A stretch of DNA of 64,000 nucleotides from Octopus vulgaris (lineage: Eukaryota), in contig OX597817.1 of the NCBI GenBank assembly GCA_951406725.2, positions 102,176,001-102,240,000 on the forward strand, in the 5' to 3' direction. Of this stretch, positions 1 through 10,653 are shown in pieces. Both the position numbers and the translations under genes were made by a program. Every line of letters starts with the position of its first letter. Position 1 is the first letter of the stretch. A model generated the notes under the pieces. That model saw only the letters and a list, made by a program, of their open reading frames with translations. It did not search any database and had not been told where the DNA came from.

Positions 1-2116
1 TTCTTTGCCATGTTTAATTAAAACGTCCAAAGACAGTTCATAAAATTCAAATAATTTGAGAGAAAAAGAAAGAAAGTTCCAACAAAAAGGAAGAAGAAAA
101 ATAAACAGCTCAAATAAAGGGTTCCAAAATGAAAGATAGAAGAAAGCAACAATTCAATACACAGCAAAAAATTTTTAGGCCACACGGTACTCCCGGCCTT
201 CACTTGAAACTGGAACACAGCTTCTCACAGTTGTTGAAAAGTTATTCCAAAAATATTTCACAAAGTTATTCTTCAACAGGAACAATTTAATTGAGAACAA
301 CACTATTCTCAAAGTAAGTTTGGAGGCAGAATACTCCTCCAAACAGCAATTCTCACAATTAAGTGAGAAAAACAAACTGCTCTACCACAGGCAGACCAAA
401 GCCCAGAATCCAGTGAGGACTCCTTGCTTGTACAAAAATAAATTTCACAAACAACGAACCCCACTGGACCCAAAAAGCAAAATGTCTTACCTTACAGTAG
501 AGCCTCTTTCAGTAACAACTTTTGTCTGCTGCAAACCACAAGCTTCTTACCACATAGCCACTCCTGTGCCTATTTAGTTCATAATATTTTTTTTCCCTAA
601 AATTATGCAATATATCTATTTTGTTACTGACATTCTTGAATATATTTCCTGTGAAAGCTATCTATTTCAATTACAAATACTACAAATAAGCTTTGATATT
701 TTCTTTCTTTTAACACATGTTCCTTCTTATCATCTATATTTATTATCATAGCTATTGCTTCTCTGGGTTTAACAAAATCCTTTAATCTATTTCTTTCAAA
801 CACTTCCATAATTCTTTCCCAGTAAATTTTTACTAAAGGGCATGTCCAATCTTTCGTCTATATGTCCAATATACTTGAGGATTTATAGTCTCTACACATA
901 TCATCTCTAAGCAAATATTAACTACACTGAACAAACTAGCTTTAACCCTCTGATTTCATTGACATTACAGTCAGGCTACATTCATGCCTTTCTTCTCTTC
1001 TGCCATAGCTGTATATGACTGGACTTAGGTCAACACAAAGTATAGTTTATTACACATACACACACAATGAATAATTCAGCAGTGATAGGACAGTCAAAGA
1101 TTATAAATGCAAAACATTTATTTATATTTAATGTATTTTTTCACTACCTTATTTGTTCTGGTCTGTCCTATGTCACACACACACATACACACATATATAT
1201 ATATACACACACACACATATATATATACACACATACACACAAGGAAGAAGTTATTCAGCATGACTGTACATATTATATAGTTAGTAATAACTGGAAGATT
1301 ATAAATTTATAATTCATATTATCCCATAATTATATGTTGTATAGAGTTTTCAGAAAAGCTGGTGAATCAAATAATGTTAGTTAAACATGTAGTAGTGATT
1401 GATAAATATATTTTCTGAGAAACAGAAATATGCCAAGTGGTAGTTCATATATTAATTGTTGGGATGGGGTTGGAGTCAGGTTGGGGTGTTCAAGGAAGCA
1501 GCAATGCTGGTTGATAGAACCTAATATTTTATCTGAAGTAGGTGAGGTATGTTGGAGTTTATGTTAGGTCTTTCTCCTCCTGGACAGGAACACTAGTCTA
1601 ATTCTTGTTTTGACCATGGGTATATTTGAACTCAACATTGCAAATTAATAGAAACATTTACCAGTTACACAGTGCTGTCATTGCTTAAGGCTTTAAAATG
1701 TGCTTCCATGTAGTATGTATTTGCAGTTTGGTGAACTGAGCTACTAAATACTATCTTCAGTAAGGACAGCTCAGTGCTGGTAACAAAATTTGAATAATCA
1801 ACCTTTGTAAAAATTTCCATGTCCTAGTCAAAGGAGGAAAGGCAGTGCTCATAAGATTTTTAGAGTGGCTGAAACTGTGGTGAAGAAAGGGAGAAAGAAA
1901 CCAGGATTCAAGGGTTAGTTTTAGACTGGAGAACTGGTCTGAATGCTTGCAACAAAGCAGACCCTGCCAAAGGCACCCAAGTGCTAAGTGGTGGCATTAA
2001 ACTGAAAGAAAGTTTAAGTCTAACATTCCTAAACAGGTACAGTGAACCATAAGAATATCCTTGCATAATGAAATGGATTTTACTCAAAGTGGAATCAAAC
2101 TTGGAAGCACATGACT

Positions 2117-2178
<62 letters not shown>

Positions 2179-2305
2179 CACAATCAAGGAACGGCCATAA
2201 TAGGCCATTCACCCACTAGAAATAACAGCCAAAAGCTTCAACCGCAAAATAACATCAATTCCGTAAACCAGGAGAAAATTAAAATTAAAAAACATTTACC
2301 CTGTA

Positions 2306-2412
2306 ATTTCTTATATGATGCACCGTTTCGTCTACTGTTTAATGGTAAACTAACCTGATTAAATTAAATCAAGCCAATCTACCATAGGCCCTTAGATTCA
2401 TCAGTAAGAAAT
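2306..2412 (-). ncRNA. Type I hammerhead ribozyme, copy 1 (GUA changed to AUA, breaking a helix III pair)
   Basis: Reverse complement reads ATTTCTTA-CTGATGA...TAGAC-GAAA-CGGTGCATC-ATA-TAAGAAAT. Confidence 0.65.
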
Positions 2413-2796
2413 AGCCAAGTCGGAACAGATATTTTTCACGAGGCATTCTCGTCCCTGCCTCGTCAATATCTGACCTAAAATTTTCAAATCGTCACACTCG
2501 CGCCAAATTTATCGGCAGCAAATAAATATAAGCCGCCGATTCCATTACGGAACTAACCAGAAAATTCATAATTAATCAATATAGGGTGGCAAAAAAATTT
2601 TGTAGAATTCTTTTGCCACCAGCGGCCTAGTGGGAAAAAATTTAAATAGTCATAAACCATTTTTAAGTTCAACATCACAATCAAGGAACGGCCATAATAG
2701 GCCATTCACCCACTAGAAATAACAGCCAAAAGCTTCAACCGCAAAATAACATCAATTCTGTAAACCAGGAGAAAATTAAAAAACATTTACCCTGTA

Positions 2797-2903
2797 ATTT
2801 CTTATACGATGCACCGTTTCGTCTACTGTTTAATGGTAAACTAACCTGATTAAATTAAATCAAGCCAATCTACCATAGGCCCTTAGATTCATCAGTAAGA
2901 AAT
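2797..2903 (-). ncRNA. Type I hammerhead ribozyme, copy 2
   Basis: Reverse complement matches the 3282-3388 motif. Confidence 0.75.
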
Positions 2904-3281
2904 AGCCAAGTCGGAACAGATATTTTTCACGAGGCATTCTCGTCCCTGCCTCGTCAATATCTGACCTAAAATTTTCAAATCGTCGCACTCGCGCCAAATT
3001 TATCAGCAGCAAATAAATATAAGCCGCCGATTCCATTACGGAATTAACCAGAAAATTCATAATTAATCAATATAGGGTGGCAAAAAATTTTGTAGAATTC
3101 TTTTGCCACCCTATATTGATTAATTATGAATTTTCTGGTTAATTCCGTAATGGAATCGGCGGCTTATATTTATTTGCTGCCGATAAATTTGGCGCGAGTG
3201 CGACGATTTGAAAATTTTAGGTCAGATATTGACGAGGCAGGGACAGAATGCCTCGTGAAAAATATCTGTTCCGACTTGGCT

Positions 3282-3388
3282 ATTTCTTACTGATGAATCT
3301 AAGGGCCTATGGTAGATTGGCTTGATTTAATTTAATCAGGTTAGTTTACCATTAAACAGTAGACGAAACGGTGCATCGTATAAGAAAT
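3282..3388 (+). ncRNA. Type I hammerhead ribozyme with long helix II
   Basis: Helix I ATTTCTTA (3282-3289)/TAAGAAAT (3381-3388); CTGATGA 3290-3296; GAAA 3365-3368; quasi-palindromic helix III ACGGTGCATCGT; GTA cleavage triplet ending 3380. Confidence 0.8.
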
Positions 3389-3610
3389 TACAGGGTAAAT
3401 GTTTTTTAATTTTCTCCTGGTTTACGGAATTGATGTTATTTTGCGGTTGAAGCTTTTTGGCTGTTATTTCTAGTGGGTGAATGGCCTATTATGGCCGTTC
3501 CTTGATTGTGATGTTGAACTTAAAAATGGTTTATGACTATTTAAATTTTTTCCCACTAAGCTGCTGGTGGCAAAAGAATTCTACAAAATTTTTTTGCCAC
3601 CCTATATTGA

Positions 3611-3660
<50 letters not shown>

Positions 3661-4010
3661 CACAGATGAGACCCAGAGATCCTCAGTAAAGAAGACACTT
3701 AGTAGAGCTCAAATGATTCAAACTTAGACTTCGATGTCTTTACTAGGGATCAATTCCAGTGGGGTGAAGAATGGCTATAAGAGGAATCATGTTGAGCAGA
3801 TATAGAGGCAACTGTGCAGATAAACAAATTAGATATATTAAATATAACAGTCTGAGTATGAAATACAAAATATGTTTAATTGTATACATGCAAAACAGGA
3901 GACCTTCAGACGATGAATATTTAAGTATATATATTTATATCAATAGATCTAATTTACACAAAGTACAAATCACAAAGAAAGTTAAAGGGAAGGAAGAAAG
4001 GTGTTATAAG

Positions 4011-4132
4011 TCCAACAAGTGTTTCTGGGGGCTCAGAGATCCATAATAATATTGGTAGATGTAGTTCACCACAATATGCAGCCATAATGGAAGCAATCAA
4101 CATTGGATAAGATGAGCCTCTGTCATCAGGGA
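4011..4132 (-). ncRNA. Degenerate hammerhead-like motif with ~100-nt helix II
   Basis: Minus strand TCC-CTGATGA-CAGAGGCTCA...TGAGCCCCCA-GAAA-CACTTG-TT-GGA; segment lies between TA tracts. Confidence 0.4.
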
Positions 4133-4319
4133 AGAAAAGACTTTACATTTCAGATCTTAAGGCAGAGAAGTTCTTCACTTTTTGCTTTCTCTTGATTTGC
4201 ATGTATTCATATATAATATTGTGTATTTCATGCCCAAATTGTCATATTTAATATATCTAATTTGTTTATCTGCCTGCCTCTCTCTCTCTCTATCTATCTA
4301 TATTTATATATATATATAT

Positions 4320-4743
4320 AATCATCATTGTTTAACGTCTGCTTTCCATGCTAGCATGGGTTGGATGATTTGACTGAGACTGGCGAACCAGATGGCTGCA
4401 CCAGGCTCCAATCTTGATCTGGCAGAGTTTCTACAGCTGGATGCCCTTCCTAATGCCAACCACTTTGAGAGTGTAGTGGGTGCTTTTACATGCCAGCGGC
4501 ACGAGGACCAGTCAGGTGTTACTGGCAATGGCCACGCTCAAATAGTGTTTTTTATGTGCCACCTGCACAAGAGGTAGTCCAGCGACACTGGCAACAACCT
4601 GGCTTGAATGTTTTTTCACGTGCCACCAGTACAAGCGCCAGTAAGGCAATGCTGGTAACGATCATGCTCGAATAGTGCTTTTTATATGCCACTGGCACAG
4701 AAGCCAGTTAGCTGCTCTGGCAGTTAACTGGCTTCTGTGCCAG
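4320..4743 (-). mobile_element. 3' UTR fragment of RTE-clade LINE with (TGA)n tail
   Basis: CATCATTGTTTAACGTC...GATGCCCTTCCTAATGCCAACC matches the 3' end of the RTE at 39173-40980. Confidence 0.75.
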
Positions 4744-6324
4744 GGTTATAATCAATGCAGTGTCCTCATGAAGTACATCTGCAAAATCCAGTACTCCAAA
4801 TGTGTATATAGATATCGTAATAGTGTGAAGCCTGCATAAGAGTTGAAAAATACTGAATAATAGTATTTGCAGAGTAATTACATGTCAAAACAGAAGATTG
4901 GAAAAGATATTTGGTATTAATTATTCACCATTACATGTGTTTCATTTGCTAATAGGAATTACAAAATTGTATATATAGGAGAAACATGTAAGATATCACC
5001 TATCACCTAAACTCTGCAGACAATCATGGAAGATGAGATTTGTGTAGTATGACTGTTTTGATTACCAAGTATTAATTAGAGAAAACCAGCAACCTAATAA
5101 AAATTCTTATGTAAACGTTTAAATGTCTCAAACAAGTTGTAATAGCTTTGATCATTAATTGAAACATGAGAATATGAAATAACTTTTTAAAATATCAGAG
5201 GTATCAAACAACTAACATGCAATTATAGAAGAAAATGTAGTTTGATTATTTCCCATACTTTCAACACCAGAAATAACCACAGTATGGTTAACTGTGGTGA
5301 TTAGAAAAATATACTTGGACTTAGGTAGCACAGCTGTTTGATGAGGATCCAGTAAATGGAGAAGAAAACCCTGAAGATTTCTGGACTATTAGGTTTTATC
5401 AGCAGAAGTATAGCTGGTACTGTAGTAACTAATTGGCTATAAAGAATGTTAATAAAAAGCATCAGATGGGACCAGGAAATTAGATTAATTGAAAATAACT
5501 GGTCAGTACCTTTTTTTGATTATCAATTTATAGAGATAAATGTTGGCAGATGTTTTAAAACCAGAAAAAAAAATACTAGACAATATAAATAATAAGAGGT
5601 TTGATGGCTTTCAATTCTGAATACTTTTCTTCATAATCAAAATATGTAACAGAAGTGTGTACAGTAAGTCAGTCAAAATGGTTGAAACCTTCCACTTGCA
5701 ATGGTATTATATTCAAGTACAAAAAGCATTATTTTGTTCTACAAGGCTTAGCTACAGTGAAAGGAGAACTTGAAAGGAAAGATTTTCCCCTAGGAATGTG
5801 GCATATATGAAGACTCAGTCTTCAGTGAGCAAAAAGTATAATATAAGTGATGAAATACAAAGCTAAAGATGGTATAGTGTGTTAAAAGGGTCAGTACTAA
5901 ATGTTTAATTAGCTAATCCTGTTTTACAGAGCTGATGATTATAGCTGATTCAGTGACACTTACAGGTAACAAAAGTAGATGAATAAAAACAAAATCCAGA
6001 ATAATAACTTGTGGTTTTTTAATACTTCTCTTTATTGTTCAAAAAGGAAGATCTGTAACCAGAGCCTATGGAAATCTCTTGAAGTAAAATGAAGTAAAGA
6101 TTAAGTACAAGTAAAACCTTTTCTTTTTGGTGCAATTGAAGGTTAACAATTGATAAAAAATAGGTTGCAAGTAGGAAGTGAGATGCAGTGTTTTTCAGTA
6201 AATAAGAAAGAGAGAAAGAGATCTTTCACCCCCTTCTCTATTCTGTGTGTGCATAAATAATAATAAATAAATAATAATATATAAATAATAATTATCTATC
6301 TAGGCATCTTATGTATGTCAGTGT

Positions 6325-6359
<35 letters not shown>

Positions 6360-6369
<10 letters not shown>

Positions 6370-7116
6370 TCAATGTCTTTATGTGTGTTCATGTGTTACT
6401 TATAGACTCGAAAACTACTGGACTGATCCTAATGAAATTTGGAATACAAAATCCAAGCCTAAGGAGAAGGGTAATGCCGCATGGTTCATACAATTTTGAG
6501 GGGGCATAAAGAGTGGTGGGACAGAACCCCCTGTGAAAATTCATATGCTTCGGATTTTGATGAAATTTGAACCATAGGTATTAGAAATAAATTAAAAAAT
6601 ATACCCAAAACTTCCATTTCTTTGGATGATTCTAAGACCCCCTGATGTGGGCTTAACACCAATTTTTCATGAACCAAAATTATTGAATGGATCCTTATGA
6701 TAGTTGGAAGTTAGATTCAATGCATAAGTGCGGGTATAATGCAGTACATTTGGTTTGAATTTGAGGGGGCTTAAAGGGGGCAGAATGCCCATGAAAATTC
6801 ATAAATTTCTGATGCTGATGAAATTTCAACCATAGGTAATTGACACAAATCAAGAAGTATTCCCAAAGTTTCCACTTCTCATGAGCATTCCAAGACCCCC
6901 TAATGAGGGCCTTAACTCCCAAATTTTAGTCATTTTTTATGATCCAAAACATGGTCAAAAGTACTGAATGGGTCTTTATTGGAAATTATATTCTATGCAC
7001 AAGGGTGGATGCAATATTCAAAAAATTTCAACTTCTTAGGTGGGTATTAAGACCCCTAAAAGGGGAGCTTAATCCCCACAATTTAGTCATTTTTCCTAAG
7101 CCAAGATGAATACAAG
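6360..7116. mobile_element. Non-autonomous Helentron/HINE-like repeat with degenerate internal tandem units
   Basis: Begins TATATAAAAG after (TA)n; recurring ATGAAATTT and AAGACCCCCT...CCAAATTTT motifs at ~6430-6700, 6810-6960, 7040-7110. Confidence 0.4.
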
Positions 7117-8370
7117 ATGAAGGGGCGCCCCTTCCTACTTGAAGGCTCTGAATTTATCTTCAAACAAGGAACGAAGTTTAAAATCAAGACCAACTTCTCC
7201 TGTTCCTCCAAGAACCTTATCTACGTTCTCACATGCGCTGGTTGCCAACATAATTATGTTGGACAAACGAGCCTCCCGTTACGTAAAAGAGTAGCGGTGC
7301 ATAAAGAACAAATAAATCTCCCGGAATACCGGCAAATCCCACTGAGTGACCACATAGACTCATGCGCTAAAGACAGAAATCCCAAATTCTACATATTCCC
7401 CTTCTACCAATGTGAAGACGGAATCACCACACAGGAGAGAATTAACAAGAAGAATCTCTTTATTGAAAATTCAAAACGCATCTTAATATGCAAACTCCTT
7501 GTTGATCATACTTCTTTTTTCTACCTCATTCTTCATGGATGGACTAACACAAATATATAAGGATACCATGCAGTCATCACCTCAAGCTAAAACTTATATT
7601 CTTTAAATATCATTATTATTATTGTTGTTATTATTATTATTATTATTATTTTTATTATATATGACATAACAATCTGAAATGTAATTATAAATTGGTTTAT
7701 GCAAATTTATATAATTAGAAAACAATATAAATAAAGTGTTAAAATCTGAATGCTAAATTAGCAAACAATTATATAAAAAAGATAATGCAAATGAAGCTAA
7801 AATGATAATCTTATAATTTAAGGTTTATTAACACCCTTTATTACAAAAAATTGATAAACACAAATTGAAGAGCTTAAAACCCATAGAGTTGTCTCCCCTT
7901 ATTCACAACACAGGAACTGGACTACTACTACTACTATTTCCTGTTTTGCCATGCACTTAAGAGACACCCTTAATTAAATTAAACAACACATGGATTTAAT
8001 CCCATTGGATCTCAATACTTCAAGGTAATTTTTTCGTGAACAATCATTAAACTCAAGATACACAAAGACTTTACAATGTATCGGAGTACCTATTTTTTAA
8101 TTTTTATATATATTTATTATTTTTTTGCAAAAAACAATGTAATTTTCTTTTTTTCCACCTCCTCACACTTAAAAAAATTTCTTTTCTTTACAATTCTTGA
8201 AAAGTCACATTATGACGAAAACCGGTTTGAATTAATATATATATATTTTACCAATTTTTCCATACACCCATTTTCATTAAAATTTTCTTTCAATTTAGCA
8301 TTCTGCCTTTTTACAATTTTTCCTTGCTTATCATTTCTCCATGTGCGGTCAACACAACCCCACCATTTAT

Positions 8371-8373
<3 letters not shown>
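7117..8373 (+). mobile_element. Penelope-like (Neptune-type) 3' fragment: GIY-YIG endonuclease end plus pLTR
   Basis: ORF 7117-7560 NLIYVLTCAGCQHNYVGQT...H...H; closely similar to 43163-44310 (reverse complement) and 46615-47488; ends in (TA)n. Confidence 0.9.
8192..8233 (+). ncRNA. Minimal type I hammerhead, U3-A8 core variant
   Basis: AATTC-TTGAAAA-GTCA catta TGAC-GAAA-ACCGGT-TT-GAATT. Confidence 0.7.
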
Positions 8374-8407
<34 letters not shown>

Positions 8408-9586
8408 CACTGACAATTTGAGAGTGTGATGCTGTAAGTTGGGATATAGTTTGGAATTATAAAAAACAAAGAATGGAAAATGGAGAAACAATAGAAACAT
8501 TATTAGATCTCTTTTTTTTTTTTTTTAAGAATAGAAATTTCAGTTTGAATCTTAAAATATTTTTGCAACAGTTTTCAAATAGATTTTCAAATATACTTTA
8601 CTATTGGTGGAGACAAGTTTATTACAAATCCAGTGTTTCTCAAAGTGGGGTAAACACCTTACTGATGGGTTTAGGCTACTTCAGAATGGGGTGGAAGTAA
8701 CAAGTGATTAAAACTTACAATAAAGTTTTAATCAAACTTCTTTTGAATATAATTATGTTATGTACTTGGAAAGGTGCATGTTCTTTTTAAAAATCTAAGT
8801 GGAGTGTGAGACAAAAAGGATTGTTATAATCTTTCAATTATTGCATTACCATTGGTTGTCTATTTATATTATAGCTTATGCCTGTCTATAAAAACTTTCA
8901 TGGTTATAAAAATTTCAATAACATATCCACTCTTTAGCAACATCTCTCATTTCTCTTCAGTCTGTTTATTTTCAAGAATTCAGTACATAAAATAATAACA
9001 CACCAATAATTCACCATAATATATTGTTACTTCAACATTCCATTTCAATATATCTAGCTTTTTTGATGCCAACTCAATGGTTTTCATTTTCTCCTACACA
9101 CTTACTTAATATATCACTGCTTTCAAATCTCTCATACAATTCTATTAGCAGACATTCAAGATGCTTGTAATCTATTACTATAACTTAAAAAACAAAACAA
9201 AAAAGCATAAAAAAAACAACCCTGCTCTGTATTTGGCAATCTTTCATGGTTTACTAATTCTTTTTTTGTAAATGTAGCTCAGTGAGTGACTAATATGGTT
9301 TCAGTGTGAAGGAGAGGATATATGTTTCTTTAGTTCTTTCTGTCTATGTAGGAGAGCTGACAGCCTGTATATCATACCTCCTGTCTTAAAACACATTTCA
9401 AGTCACTTTCAGTGGCCAGGTTCACCAGCCTGTGCTATGAGAAGGTACAGCTCACTGGAATAAGTAATGTGAATATTACATAGCTTTGTTACTTTATTAC
9501 TTTCAAATACTGTACAGGACCTGTTACCATGCTTCAAAAAATCCGAAATTTCCAGAAATCCAGAATTATTGTGCAATATCATGCAA

Positions 9587-10124
9587 AGATGCAGGTATAG
9601 CAGTGTGGAAAGAAGCTTGCTTCCCAACCACATAGTTCCAGATTGCGTCCCATGACATGGCACGTTTGGCAAGTGTCTTCTACTAAAGACTCGAGCCAAC
9701 CAAAGCCTTGTGAGTGGATTTGGTAGATGGAAACTGAAAGAAGCCCAACATATTCATTTCTTTCTTTTTATTCTTTTCTTTGTTTCAGTCATTTGAATGC
9801 GGCCATGCTGGAGCACGACATTTAGTCAAACAAATCAATCCCAGGACTTATTCTTTGTAAGCCTAGTACTTATTCTATTGGTCTGTTTTTGCCGAACTGC
9901 TAAGTCACGGTGACTTAATCACACCAACATTGGTTGTCAATGCTGGAAAGACAAACACTGACCTGACAGGCTTCTTTCAGTTTCTGTCTACCAAATCCAC
10001 TCACAAGGCTTTGGTCAGTCTGAGGCTATAGTAGAAGACACTTGCTTAAGGTGCCGTGTAGTGGGACTGAACCTGGAACCATATTGTTGGGAAGCAAGCT
10101 ACTTACCACACAGCCACTGCTGCG

Positions 10125-10171
<47 letters not shown>

Positions 10172-10390
10172 GTGTTTTTGTGTCTTGTGTTTGTTCCCCA
10201 CCACTGCTGGACAACTGGTGTTGGTGTGTTTATGTCCCCATGACTAAGCAGTTTGGCAAAAAAGACTGATAGAATAAGTACTAGGCTTAAAAAAACAAGT
10301 CCTGGGGTCAATTGGTTCAACTAAAACACCTTTCAAGGTGGGGCCCCAGCATGGTCACAGTCAAATAACTGAAACAAGTAAAAGATAAAA
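9587..10390. mobile_element. tRNA-head SINE (+) interrupted by a second copy in the opposite orientation
   Basis: Head+ 9587-9750, tail- 9765-9960, head- 9968-10126, (TA)n, tail+ 10165-10390; family motif GGCAAGTGTCTTCTACTA...GGATTTGGTAGA. Confidence 0.8.
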
Positions 10391-10653
10391 GGTTATCATA
10401 CACTGTATTGAGTAAACAAACCCTGTTTTTGCATATGGTGTGTTAAAAGGAGTTTTATTCGTATCTTTTAAAAGGATTAATAAAAATTAATCATACTCTT
10501 TAGGAGTAATTAATTTGAACCCTTATCTGCAAAATAAAATCAGTTATTTACTTTTCATCTATAAGCATTATACTTAATACATGGTACGATATAGTTTAAG
10601 TGGATTAATAAATATCAAACAGACTCTGCTTTATTAATATGAATCTGTTAAAT

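Larger units (their letters stand above)
2177..3617. mobile_element. Non-coding retrozyme/PLE-pLTR-like array: ~491-497-bp monomer, two direct copies then one inverted copy, flanked by (TA)n
   Basis: ATCACAATCAAGGAACGGCC starts at 2177 and 2674; 3101-3617 is the reverse complement; each copy holds a hammerhead motif; (CT)n(TA)n on the left and (TA)n on the right. Confidence 0.8.

Noticed and set aside
18-900. Short ORFs possibly from a decayed LINE ORF1 or a host exon
   Set aside because: No recognisable motif or convincing splice context
6809-6830. CTGATGA motifs here and at ~5933, 11593, 20707
   Set aside because: No properly placed GAAA, helix III or helix I partner
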